Below are positions 48,944 to 62,491 of a DNA stretch of 64,000 nt, piece after piece. Origin of the DNA: an uncultured Halobacteriales archaeon (GTDB taxonomy: Archaea > Thermoplasmatota > E2 > JACPAO01 > JAHFTW01); the NCBI GenBank assembly GCA_964627625.1, contig CAZVJB010000012.1, forward strand, positions 5,337-69,336. The letters run 5' to 3'. Within the stretch, counting starts at the first letter, position 1. Each line of letters opens with the position of its first letter. Below the pieces are notes generated by a model that was not told the origin of the DNA, searched no databases, and saw nothing but the letters and a program-made list of their open reading frames with translations. The position numbers and the translations under genes are program-made.

Positions 48944-49264
48944 AACCTGCTTGATGAAGACCTTGGCCCCATTCCCGCAGCCCTCCGACGGCGGCGCCTT
49001 GTTGAAGGAATGGGACGAAGCAACCGGCCGCGCGTCAGCGCGCCAGCGAGCGCAGCGAGCGACCCGTACTCGCATCGGCCCACCATGGGAATCCTGGGAT
49101 TGCAGGGATTGGACAGCGATGATGGGGACTTTCGAAATTCCCAAGAATCGCCGCAAACTCCCTGAAATCCCAGGCCGCCGGCGTGTCCGCGCCGACCGTT
49201 CATCGTGCATGGCGACGGCGTCGTCGCGACAGCAGAATCGATTGAGGACGTGGCCAAGCAGGTT
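48944..49264 (+). repeat. Dispersed repeat copy 3 with 10-bp terminal inverted repeats (core at 48985-48991)
   Basis: AACCTGCTTG (48944) and CAAGCAGGTT (49255); colinear with copy 5 in reverse. Confidence 0.88.
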
Positions 49265-49270
49265 GTCCAT

Positions 49271-49834
49271 CTACCCCGAGTAAGGAGCAATGCGTGCGAA
49301 ACTCCCTACCGTGACGATGCAGGGCGTTCCGCGCAGCACGACCTTTTTGCCGTCGGCGCGCACAATTTGGCCATCGCACGAGCCGGCCAGATTCAAGTCG
49401 ACGCCCCAGCATGTCCAGCGCGATCCCCAGATGGGTTTGCCGTCGCCGCCGTAGGGCGCGGCTTGCGGAATTGCGGCGGGCGGAGCACGTAGGCTCATGA
49501 TGGCGGAAGTGATTGGCCCTTCGGTCGCAGTCACGGTGGCGGCGATGGTCCGGCCGTCGGCAGATTCATCGATTTTCAGGTTGCCCGGGTTCACGCGGTA
49601 GGTCGTGCATTCGGGATAACGGTCGCGCATGAAGGCCTGGCCGAGAACGGAGTTCACATACACCGTCGCGGGAACTGCCGTGCTTGCGCCAAGGAGGATG
49701 AATGTGTCGAAGACGCCGTGCGTCGGGCTGCGGATGCGGCACCACTCGTACTTGCCCTCGACGTGGGCGAATGGGGCGAAGAATTCGTACACGACGGCGG
49801 GGCCGTCGGATGGACGAAGGAAGGGCTCGGGCAC
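49271..49834 (-). CDS. Hypothetical protein between two repeat copies
   Basis: Protein-like from VPEPFLRPSDG; the upstream part of the listed ORF is translated repeat. Confidence 0.7.
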   Translation of the reverse strand: MPEPFLRPSDGPAVVYEFFAPFAHVEGKYEWCRIRSPTHGVFDTFILLGASTAVPATVYVNSVLGQAFMRDRYPECTTYRVNPGNLKIDESADGRTIAATVTATEGPITSAIMSLRAPPAAIPQAAPYGGDGKPIWGSRWTCWGVDLNLAGSCDGQIVRADGKKVVLRGTPCIVTVGSFARIAPYSG

Positions 49835-49925
49835 AAGGTGCGCGACACGGGCTGGAGGCTTAATGACGACGAAACTGCGAATTACGCAAACATTTCCCTT
49901 GCCGCCGACCGAACCATGGAAATCA

Positions 49926-50280
49926 CGGAACCGAAAACCTGCTTGATGAAGACCCCCGACCCATTCCCGCAGTCCTCCGACGGCGTCGTCGCCTTGTTGA
50001 AGGGATGGAAGGATTACTGGCCCCCGTGCGGGGCGAGCAGACGAGTGCCGCGAGTCACGCGAGGGCTTGGCAAGCCGGTTGGCGTGCCGAAGGCGAGCGG
50101 GGGGCAAGGGCCGCCGGGGGCGCGCGCCGCCGTTGGGGGAACACGCATGAACCCAATTCGTCCTATGAACCCGATGAGGCCTGGCGAGGCATGCGATGTA
50201 TGGGCGTCGAGCGATTGGTCGTGGACCTGCACGCCGCCGGCGGGGCAACGCAGGAATCGCTAGCGGACTTGAGCAAGTGG
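49926..50280 (+). repeat. Dispersed repeat copy 4 (unoccupied; core at 49977-49983)
   Basis: Best match to the split copy 2; tail GAGCGATTGGTCGTG..GGGGCAACG..GGAATCG..GGACTTG shared with copy 5. Confidence 0.9.
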
Positions 50281-50610
50281 GAAAAACAGTGCCCATTTGG
50301 TGGTCCATCGGACGGTTGTCGGCGGCCTTTCTCATGCCTGTTCAAGCGCAGGCCGGTTTCGCTTGCAGCTCTGGCCCGGGTTGCTGGCGAATGTTGGGCG
50401 GCGATTAACGAGGGAGGCTCCACCTGCAATCCGACCTGATAACTATCCTCCTGTAAAGCGTCACAGGTCCTCCACCGGAAACGAAGGGGTTCTCGACATG
50501 TTTATACACGCCGCCAAAGGTCGGTGAAACGGGATACGGGATGCACGCCAAGCCATGGCTCCAGCGCGGGCCACAGGCGCGGTAGTCGCCCGGCCCTTTG
50601 GTGGCCTCAA

Positions 50611-53600
50611 ATGCACCTGCGCGAAGTGCACATGGAGAATTTCAAGACGTTCAAGGGCAAATTTACTGTGCCCTTCGAGCCTGGCTTCACCGCCATCACG
50701 GGCCCGAACGGTTCTGGAAAATCGAACATCGGCGACGCCATCATGTTCGTCCTTGGCCCCAACTCGCCCCGAGCAATGCGAGCCAAAAACCTCTCCGACC
50801 TCATCTTTAACGGTGGCAAGAACGGCAAACCTGCCGAAGCCGCCTCTGTCGCCCTCGTCTTCGATAATGCGGATCGCATCATGCCCGTCGAGGCCGACAC
50901 GGTTGTCCTTACCCGCCGAATCAAGCGCGCGCCAACTGACGAGGCCCCGGAGGGATGTCATTCCTACTTCTACGTCAACGGCCGTGGCTCGGCAAAGCGC
51001 GAATTCGTCGACCTCCTGGACCACGCCCGCATCAGCGCGGACGGCTACAACATCACCTTGCAAGGTGATGTCCAATCGATTTGCAACATGACCCCCGTCG
51101 ACCGCCGCCGCATCCTCGACGATATCGCCGGCGTCACAACGTTCGACCGCGACCTCGCCTCTGCCGACCAGCGCAAGGCCGACGTTGCCGGCAACCTGGA
51201 GCGCATTGCAATCGTTCTGGATGAGCTGAAGCGCAGCCTCGACCAACTCGACAAAGAGAAGGAGTCCGCCCAGAAATATCGCGACCTCCAGGACGGCATC
51301 AAGCGCTGCAAGGGCCTCATGGCGGTGCGGCGCCGCGACGATGTCTCCTCCCAGATTGCGCAAGTCCAGTCGCAAATTGCACAATTTAGCAAGGAACGCG
51401 AGAAGCACGCCACGGAACTTGCCGGCCTCAAAGCCAAACACAAGGAGACCGAGGTCCTTTTCGCAGAACTCGAAGCCAAGATTCGTGCCGAGGGCGGCGA
51501 GGAAGTCCGTGGCCTGCAGGACCGCATGAAGGCGGCGCGCGACGATATGGTCCGCCTTGAGGAGCGCATCAATTTCGCCAAAGGCGAACTTGCGACCGGG
51601 AAGGAATCAAGCGGCCCCATGATGGAGGAACTGCGCCGCATCGAGCGCGACCTTGCCAAAACCCACGCACTCGAAGCCGCGTGCGGAAAAGAACACGAGG
51701 CCACAACGGCTGCCCTCGAATTGCGCAAGAAGGAACTGGACGGCGCCCGCGAACTCATTTCGAAAGGCGACACCAACGCGATGCAGATCAATCGCGACCT
51801 TGTCGGCCTCAAGCAGGAGCACGAAGCCAAGCAACTCGAACTGCACGAGGCGAAACTCGAAGGCGACCGATTGGCCGAGCGCCAGAAGGCCGCTGCCAAA
51901 GGCCTCGCCGAAGCAACCCAGCAGAGCGATGCGGTCGAGACAGACCTCAAGGAATCCTCCTGGCAACTCAAGGAACTACGCGGGGCCCAAGGCGGCGCCG
52001 GCAAGAAACGCAAGGACGCCGAAAAACGTCTCTTTGAATTACGCAAAGCACAAGGCGAACTCGGCAAACAGGCCGAAGAATTGGAGATGCGCATCCGCCG
52101 TCTCCAGCGCGACCTTGCAGACCTGCGCGCCAACGAAGAAGCTGCGGCCCGCGCCCAAGGCGGCTACGGCCAGGCCGTCCAGGATGTCCTATCGGCTCGT
52201 GACAAGCGCGAAATCAAGGGGATTATCGGCACCGTGGCCGAACTTGCCAAGGTCGACAAGAAGCACACCGACGCCATGCAAATCGCCGCCGCAGGGCGCC
52301 TCCAGGCCATCGTGGTGGAAGACGATTCTGTCGCGGCACAATGCATTGACCTTGTGAAGCGCCGCCAATCCGGCCGCGTGACGCTTCTGCCACTCAACAA
52401 GATGGTGCCCGGGCGGCCGTCTGGTCAAGCCCTGATGAAGGTCAAGGAGCCCGGCTGCCTCGGCTTCGCCCTGGACCTCATCGAGTTCAATCCGCGCTAT
52501 CAAAACGCCTTCTGGCACGTCTTCCAAGATACGCTTGTTGCCGACTCCATGGCGTCGGGCCGCCGCATGATGGGCGGTGTCCGCATCGTCTCACTCGACG
52601 GCGAACTCTTCGAGAAATCCGGCGCCATGACGGGCGGCAAACACTCCAAAGGCAAGGCCGACGACGTCGCTTTCACGAACGCCGACCGCGGCCGCGTCGA
52701 CGAACTCCTTGGCGAGATTGCCAAGGCCGAACAGGCGCAGCAGGATGTCGTGGCCCGTGCCACCGCAGCGCGCGCCGAACTTGAGGAACTCCAGAGCGCG
52801 CTTGCCGCCGAGGGAGCGGCCGGGGCGAGCCAGGACGACCGCATGCGCGATTTCGAGCGCAAGGTCACGGCCCTTCAAGAACGTCAAGATCTGGTCGCCA
52901 AGGAAACGGCCGCACTCACGAAGGAAGGCCGCGACATCGAAACGGCTGCCAGCAAAGTTTCCAAATCCATCGCAACGCTAGATGAGCGGCTGGCCCAACT
53001 GGACAAGTTGCGTGTGGAGAAAGGCCAATTGTTGCTGAAAGGCACGCGCAAGGACCTGCGCGAACGCGTCGAGAAACTCGAAGCCGAAGTGCGCGAACTC
53101 ACGGAAGCTGGCCTCAAGGCTGAGAACCGCCGCCAAGTGGCCGCAACACAACTCAAACTGGTCACCGATCGCCGCAACGAATTGTCCGCGCAACTGGACG
53201 GCGGCTCCGGTTCGGCAACGAAGCTTGCCGAAGATGTCAAGAAATTCAGTGCGGCCTACGCGAAGGCCAAGGCCGAAGTCGAAGCCATCATGAAGATGGA
53301 GAAGAAGGCCACGGGTGCCCTGAAAGGTCTGAACGAGCAGCGCGATCGCACTTACAAGGATTTGACTGACCTCAAAGCGCGCACCGACAAAGTCGCCGAC
53401 CGCATGGAGACGCACTTCGGCCTGGTCACGAACGCCAAGGCAAAGCTGCCAATGCTTGAGGAGGCCCTCGGCGACGCCAAGTTGGAGCTCGTCGAGAACC
53501 CCGTCGAGGTCAAGCCCAACGAGGACATTGCGCCCATCGAGGACTTGAAGCGCGAATTGCGCAACCAGGAATCCGCCCTCGACCGGCTCGGCCCCGTAAA

Positions 53601-54387
53601 CCAGACGGCCCTCGAGCAATATGACGCCCAGTCGGCGCGTGCCAAGGAACTCAAGGATGAAGTGGCCCGCCTCGACGCCCAGAAGGCCGAACTTCTGAAA
53701 CTCGTCGAGGAGATTGCCACGAACAAGAAGGCGGCCCTGATGACCGTCTTTACCGCCGTCAATGAACAGTTTGCCGCGGTCTATGGCACGCTAACCAAGG
53801 GCGGCAAGGCGTACCTCGAATTGGAGAGCGAAAAGGATCCGTTCTCCGGTGGCCTCATCCTGAAGGCGCAGCCGCCGGAGAAGAAAGTCACCCGCATCGA
53901 TTCCCTGTCTGGAGGCGAGAAATCCTTGACGTCGATGGCATTCATCTTCGCCATTCAGCGCTACGACCCGTCGCCGTTCTACTACTTTGATGAGGTCGAC
54001 CAGAACCTCGATGCCGTGAACTCTGAGTTCTTGGCCCGCATGATCAAGGACAATGCACGATTTGCGCAATTCATCGTCGTGTCCTTGAGGAAAATCACGT
54101 TGAAGGAAGCCTCGCACATCTACGGGGTCACGCAGGTTCAGCCTGGCATGTCGGAGATTATCGCGCGCTTCGACATCGACACGCTGCCCAGCGAAGAGCC
54201 TCCCAAGGACGCGGACGGCGGCGATGGCGACGGCTCCGGCGGCGTCGACCACGATGTGACGCAAGGCTTTGATGGCGAGGGTGGGCAAGCGACAAAAAAG
54301 AAAACCAAGGCCAAGCCCAAAGCGGCCAAGGAGACAACCATTACGCAACTCATGGAGCGCGCCGTGTCCGTGGAGGTCAAGCCATGA
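50611..54387 (+). CDS. smc: Chromosome segregation protein SMC
   Basis: ENFKTF, GPNGSGKSN, coiled coils, hinge GIIGTVAEL..GRVTLLPLN..VSLDGE, LSGGEKS, FDEVDQNLD. Confidence 0.97.
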   Translation: MHLREVHMENFKTFKGKFTVPFEPGFTAITGPNGSGKSNIGDAIMFVLGPNSPRAMRAKNLSDLIFNGGKNGKPAEAASVALVFDNADRIMPVEADTVVLTRRIKRAPTDEAPEGCHSYFYVNGRGSAKREFVDLLDHARISADGYNITLQGDVQSICNMTPVDRRRILDDIAGVTTFDRDLASADQRKADVAGNLERIAIVLDELKRSLDQLDKEKESAQKYRDLQDGIKRCKGLMAVRRRDDVSSQIAQVQSQIAQFSKEREKHATELAGLKAKHKETEVLFAELEAKIRAEGGEEVRGLQDRMKAARDDMVRLEERINFAKGELATGKESSGPMMEELRRIERDLAKTHALEAACGKEHEATTAALELRKKELDGARELISKGDTNAMQINRDLVGLKQEHEAKQLELHEAKLEGDRLAERQKAAAKGLAEATQQSDAVETDLKESSWQLKELRGAQGGAGKKRKDAEKRLFELRKAQGELGKQAEELEMRIRRLQRDLADLRANEEAAARAQGGYGQAVQDVLSARDKREIKGIIGTVAELAKVDKKHTDAMQIAAAGRLQAIVVEDDSVAAQCIDLVKRRQSGRVTLLPLNKMVPGRPSGQALMKVKEPGCLGFALDLIEFNPRYQNAFWHVFQDTLVADSMASGRRMMGGVRIVSLDGELFEKSGAMTGGKHSKGKADDVAFTNADRGRVDELLGEIAKAEQAQQDVVARATAARAELEELQSALAAEGAAGASQDDRMRDFERKVTALQERQDLVAKETAALTKEGRDIETAASKVSKSIATLDERLAQLDKLRVEKGQLLLKGTRKDLRERVEKLEAEVRELTEAGLKAENRRQVAATQLKLVTDRRNELSAQLDGGSGSATKLAEDVKKFSAAYAKAKAEVEAIMKMEKKATGALKGLNEQRDRTYKDLTDLKARTDKVADRMETHFGLVTNAKAKLPMLEEALGDAKLELVENPVEVKPNEDIAPIEDLKRELRNQESALDRLGPVNQTALEQYDAQSARAKELKDEVARLDAQKAELLKLVEEIATNKKAALMTVFTAVNEQFAAVYGTLTKGGKAYLELESEKDPFSGGLILKAQPPEKKVTRIDSLSGGEKSLTSMAFIFAIQRYDPSPFYYFDEVDQNLDAVNSEFLARMIKDNARFAQFIVVSLRKITLKEASHIYGVTQVQPGMSEIIARFDIDTLPSEEPPKDADGGDGDGSGGVDHDVTQGFDGEGGQATKKKTKAKPKAAKETTITQLMERAVSVEVKP

Positions 54388-55334
54388 CCCCGCCAGCGCA
54401 GATGCAGTTCAAGGACGCAGTTTCGCCCAAGCCATCGACGCAGGCGCAATTGCACACGAGCCAAGTCGTGCGCCACCTGTTGTGGCACAAAGCCATGGTG
54501 GGCGACGAGGATGATGGCGCCAAAATCAACGCCTACATCCAGATTGTGCAGGAGTCGCGCGACGGCGAACACGTGGCGCTGAAGGAGGGCTTCAACCGCG
54601 ACCTCGCAATCGCTTTCGAACTCGTGATCCAGAATCACCTCGACCCTTGGGACTTGGACTTGTCCAAATTCGCCGAACTCTACCTCAAGGAGGCCAAGGA
54701 GCATGGCGTTGACCTCGTCACGGCCGGCCGGATTATCCTCATGGCATGGACTGTCCTCAAGGCCCAAAGCCAGCAGGTCGCCGACCGCGCCGTCATTCGA
54801 GCACAGGAAACCGACGAGGTCGGCTGGGAAGACATCCCCGACTACGGCTGGAGTGACGACCAAGTGGACTACAACTCACGCATCCTGGCCTTGCCGAAGG
54901 CGCCAATTGACGAGAAGATTCGCCACAAGGGTGACCGACGCGTCACGCTCATGGAACTCTTGTCGGCCTTCGAGGAAGTCCACGCTGAAGCGCAGCAGCG
55001 CCTCATCCTGAGCGAAACCAAACTCGCGGCCCGCTTGTCTCTCCGGCGCCGCATGCGCGGCCGCGTCGGCGGCATGATGCACAAAGACGACCTCGAATCC
55101 GAGATTAACGAGACCTGGACGCGCATCCTCGAAGTTCCGACCATGCCCGTCCCGCTGTCGGCGATTGTTGAGCAAAACTCTGCTGACGTGGTGCAGACCT
55201 TCAACGCCCTTCTGTTCTTGGCGAAATCCCAACGCATACTCGTCACGCAAGAAAACTTCCCGAAGGGGGAGATTTGGATTACGCCGCGCCTTCCCGAAGC
55301 CGCCGCAGTTGTCGAACAGGAGGTCAAGGCATGA
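54384..55334 (+). CDS. scpA: Segregation and condensation protein A (kleisin)
   Basis: LDPWDLDL, AGRIILMAW, RRVTLMELL, FNALLFLA; overlaps the smc stop. Confidence 0.92.
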   Translation: MTPPAQMQFKDAVSPKPSTQAQLHTSQVVRHLLWHKAMVGDEDDGAKINAYIQIVQESRDGEHVALKEGFNRDLAIAFELVIQNHLDPWDLDLSKFAELYLKEAKEHGVDLVTAGRIILMAWTVLKAQSQQVADRAVIRAQETDEVGWEDIPDYGWSDDQVDYNSRILALPKAPIDEKIRHKGDRRVTLMELLSAFEEVHAEAQQRLILSETKLAARLSLRRRMRGRVGGMMHKDDLESEINETWTRILEVPTMPVPLSAIVEQNSADVVQTFNALLFLAKSQRILVTQENFPKGEIWITPRLPEAAAVVEQEVKA

Positions 55335-56404
55335 GCGAAGCACCCGACGGGACCCCGCTGGAGGTGCGCCGCAATTTCGGCAAACCAAACACGGCCAGCC
55401 AGATTCTGGAGAAGCTGCGCTCGGACAAGAAGCAGGCCAAGCGCGCCGCCACCGGGCCGAGGCAGGCCGCCGAGCCGGAGGTCGTCGTGAAGCCCGCCCC
55501 CGCAGCGCACGCCGACGATCTGCACGCCCTGGCCGCGACAATCCGTAAGGAGAACGAGTCGAAGGTTCCCGCCGCCGCGCCGCCGGCCGGCCTGACCACC
55601 AGTTCCACCGATGGCACCGAATCCAAGCGCGCTCGCGCCAGGAGCTCGGTGAAATCGGTGCAATCGGTGGTTGCGCAGGCGAAGCCCGCGGCCGCCCCCG
55701 CCGCGTCGGAGGTTTCCCCTACCGTGGCTTCCGCCGCAACACTCGAAACGCCGAAGCAGGCCGCCAAGCAGACGCCGCCCCGCCCCCCCTTGAACACGAA
55801 GGGAATGCAGCCCAAGCACGTCGTCGAAGCCGCCCTCTTTTCTGCGGGAAAGCCGATTTCCGTCGAGGAGATTGCCCAGGAGACGAAGCTCAGCCCGGAG
55901 ACCATCAAGAAGGCCATCAAGGAACTCGCCGCCGAGTACGATGCCCGCGATACGGTGCTCGAAGTCGGAAAGGCCGGCACAAAGTGGGCCATGCAAGTCC
56001 GCAGCCGCGCCGCCGAACCCGCCGCGCGCTTTGCGCCCATGGAAATTGCGCCAAAACTGCTGAAGACGCTTGCACTCATCGCGTACCATCAGCCGATGAA
56101 GCAGTCGGAACTCGTCAACATGATCGGCAGCAAGGTATACGAGCACATCCCTGAGCTCATCGAACGCGGCCTCGTTCGCGCCCGTGAAGAGGGCGCTACG
56201 AAGATCCTCGCAACGACCCCCGCGTTCCCGGAGTACTTCGGCCTCGACGCCGAGGACCCCGATCAGGTGCGCGCCGTGATGGGCAAACTGGTGGGAATCG
56301 AGGCGCCAGCGAGGCCCAAGCAAGAAACCGTGACGTACGAAGAGGAGCAGGCGCCGGCGACTGCGGACGTGCCGGCAGAACCGGGCGTGGACGCCAGCCA
56401 ATAG
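55331..56404 (+). CDS. scpB: SMC-Scp complex subunit ScpB with a long N-terminal extension
   Basis: VEAALFSAGKP, LKTLALIAYHQP, TTPAFPEYFG. Confidence 0.93.
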   Translation: MSEAPDGTPLEVRRNFGKPNTASQILEKLRSDKKQAKRAATGPRQAAEPEVVVKPAPAAHADDLHALAATIRKENESKVPAAAPPAGLTTSSTDGTESKRARARSSVKSVQSVVAQAKPAAAPAASEVSPTVASAATLETPKQAAKQTPPRPPLNTKGMQPKHVVEAALFSAGKPISVEEIAQETKLSPETIKKAIKELAAEYDARDTVLEVGKAGTKWAMQVRSRAAEPAARFAPMEIAPKLLKTLALIAYHQPMKQSELVNMIGSKVYEHIPELIERGLVRAREEGATKILATTPAFPEYFGLDAEDPDQVRAVMGKLVGIEAPARPKQETVTYEEEQAPATADVPAEPGVDASQ

Positions 56405-56407
56405 GTT

Positions 56408-56748
56408 CGACCTGCTTGGCCAAGTCCCCCCACGATTCCGTCGTTGCCCCCGTCGGCCTGATGCACGACCAATCGCTCCAGAGTGAGCGCCGGCGGCCTG
56501 GGATTTCAGGGAGTTCGTGGCGATTTTTGGGATTTGGCGGTCGGCCGCCAAGTTCCCCACAATCGCAATGCGTTCCCCGCAATCCCAGGCCTTCCATGGT
56601 GGCCAACGCGCGAACGGAGGCTCGCGGCACTCGCGGGCGCGCTCACGCGCGGCCCGTTGCTTCATGCCATTCCTTCAACAAGGCGACGCCGCCGGGGGAG
56701 TGCGGGAATGGGTCGTCAGATAATATCAAGAACGTTTTTGTTTCCGTG
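56408..56748 (-). repeat. Dispersed repeat copy 5 (core altered to CCGGGGG at 56692-56698)
   Basis: ACCTGCTTGGCCA..GCCGGCGGCCTGGGATTTCAGGGAGTT..CCATTCCTTCAACAAGGCG..TGCGGGAATGGG. Confidence 0.85.
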
Positions 56749-56829
56749 ACGTCCGTGGTTCGGTCGGCGTCGAAGCGCATGCACGCTGCCGGGTCGCGCC
56801 CCATTCTCTAAGCCTCCAACCGCGCAGGC

Positions 56830-58437
56830 TCAGCAGTTGTCGTTCGGTTTTTGCTCGTAGTTGGGCTCGTCTAGGGCGATGACGTCAAGCGTGTAATCAA
56901 CGGTCTCGCCCGTGGAAATCGTCGGGAACCACCGCAACTCCAGGTCAAGAATGGAGGAATCCCAGATTTCCAGTTCAACTGCGACGTCGCCTGCCGGCCA
57001 CGCGTACACGATCTGCTGCGGACTCCCATTTTTTAGGATTGCGAGGTAAGGGCAGGGTGCTTGCGAACTCGCAAACAGCGAGGTTCCGCGAATCTCGTAC
57101 GCCCCGGGCAGTAATCGGAATGGCAGTCCGTCACAGACGTCGGCTGCCCCAAAAGGGTTCGGTGAAGCGGCGGGCCCGCACGAGGCGGTGCTGGCCAAGC
57201 GCAAGTCGACGAAGTAGCGCGTCGAAGCCGTCTTGTATGAGCGTGACCCGTCAGGCTTCAGGATCTCGGCAACCAACTCGTAGACGCCCGCCTCCGAAAA
57301 TGGGACTTTCGTTTGGGGCCCTGCGTCCTGTGCGAGGTTCTCGAACGTGGGGGCAATCATTCCGCTCGCTCGCCGCAGGCTCCATGCCACGCTCGCCTCG
57401 TCGGACCGCGGGCCCGAAAGATGCGCTGCAAAAGTCCATTCCTCGCTGACGTTCAAGCGCTCCGGGTGCGAGGCAATCGCGATTTCCACGAGAGAGACGT
57501 CAAAAGGATCATAGTCAGGCGGCAGGTCGCGCGGTTCGATGCCAAGTTCGGCGGCAAGGTCGCCCATGTTTCGTGGCCCGGCGGCCCCATACGATGTCAA
57601 CTCGCGAAACGATGTCGAATTCCAGGACACGCGGTAGTCCTGGCCTCCAGGCCACCAAATGTGCAACGTGATGTTGGTTCGTGATTCAACACGGACGTAG
57701 TTTCCGACCTCCGGCGAGTACCACGCCTTCATTTGGCTGACGAAGTCGGCGTCCCATTGTGCGCCCGGACTGGCCTCGCGCTTCATGTTTTGCGCGAAAA
57801 CGGCTTCGTCCATGCGCAAATCGAAGATGACGAGTGCCGTGTCAAAGGAGCGGCCGGCAACCGAAATCATTTCGGGGCCTTCCACGTGGCCGGCAAAGCT
57901 CGCCCCGGCCAACCAGTCAATCGGTCGCACCGGGTCCAACCACGCGTTGCCAGTCACCATTGGGAATCGGGCCCGCAACGGCCATTGGTTGTCGCGGACC
58001 GAGGCGCGCACTGGTGCAGCGCAGATGATGCCCGGCTCCGGTTCGCAATTCTCCTCAATCCGAGCGACCACATCCTCCGGTTCAACATCGCCAGCGGACA
58101 TTGCTGCCAGGCGGCGGTCGTTGTTTCCAGTGGAATTTCGTTCGACCAGGACGAGCCCCCAATCGTCGGCCGTTGCACCCGGAACCAAAATTTCGATACG
58201 AACGGTCTCGTTGGCAAGCTTCGAAGTCGTCTCCAGCCCGTCCGGCCCGCTCTCGCTGGAGGTGCTTTCGCCAACCTCGTGCCATTCCCACCATTGCGCA
58301 GCCAGGGTTGTTGGGGCAGCAACGTTGAGGATGACGGGCTCGGGAGGCGCCGTGCTTGCGGCCGGATCGGTTGTCGAACCCGCGCAGCCAGCAAGCGCCA
58401 AAGTCAGGATAATCACGCCTGCCTTCCAGTTCGCCAC
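56830..58437 (-). CDS. Lipoprotein with a PKD-like domain
   Basis: LALAGC; AWYSPEVGNYVR; FSEAGVYEL; APCPYLA. Confidence 0.8.
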   Translation of the reverse strand: MANWKAGVIILTLALAGCAGSTTDPAASTAPPEPVILNVAAPTTLAAQWWEWHEVGESTSSESGPDGLETTSKLANETVRIEILVPGATADDWGLVLVERNSTGNNDRRLAAMSAGDVEPEDVVARIEENCEPEPGIICAAPVRASVRDNQWPLRARFPMVTGNAWLDPVRPIDWLAGASFAGHVEGPEMISVAGRSFDTALVIFDLRMDEAVFAQNMKREASPGAQWDADFVSQMKAWYSPEVGNYVRVESRTNITLHIWWPGGQDYRVSWNSTSFRELTSYGAAGPRNMGDLAAELGIEPRDLPPDYDPFDVSLVEIAIASHPERLNVSEEWTFAAHLSGPRSDEASVAWSLRRASGMIAPTFENLAQDAGPQTKVPFSEAGVYELVAEILKPDGSRSYKTASTRYFVDLRLASTASCGPAASPNPFGAADVCDGLPFRLLPGAYEIRGTSLFASSQAPCPYLAILKNGSPQQIVYAWPAGDVAVELEIWDSSILDLELRWFPTISTGETVDYTLDVIALDEPNYEQKPNDNC

Positions 58438-58519
58438 GATGCATGAGCCGGCACGGGCAGTATCAGCGTTGCGGTAGGCGGACGTCCCGGGAAATCACGA
58501 AACCGGCGTCTGCGCCGGC

Positions 58520-62357
<3,838 letters not shown>

Positions 62358-62460
62358 CGGCGCGATGGCACTCGCTTCGCTCGGCCATCGCGCCGAGGGC
62401 CCGGCGCCGGCAACAATTGGGGGGCCTTCGGCCCCCCGCGCTCGGCTCGCTGCGCTCGCC
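62358..62460. other. Intergenic hairpins between gyrB and gyrA
   Basis: CGGCGCGATGGC..GCCATCGCGCCG 12-bp stem; GGGGGCC-TTCG-GCCCCC. Confidence 0.6.
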
Positions 62461-62491
62461 TCGCAGTCCGCCCTGACCGAGGAGGTTTCCC

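Noticed and set aside
49835-50335. ORFs with similar translations at the repeat copies (e.g. LLKEWKD, LQQGDDA)
   Set aside because: The similarity is translated repeat DNA; frames and stops differ between copies
50611-56404. Wadjet/MksBEF defence system
   Set aside because: Canonical SMC with hinge plus ScpA and ScpB and no JetD; housekeeping condensin
54869-56665. Long antisense ORFs (598 aa here, many others elsewhere)
   Set aside because: Shadow ORFs of GC-rich genes on the opposite strand
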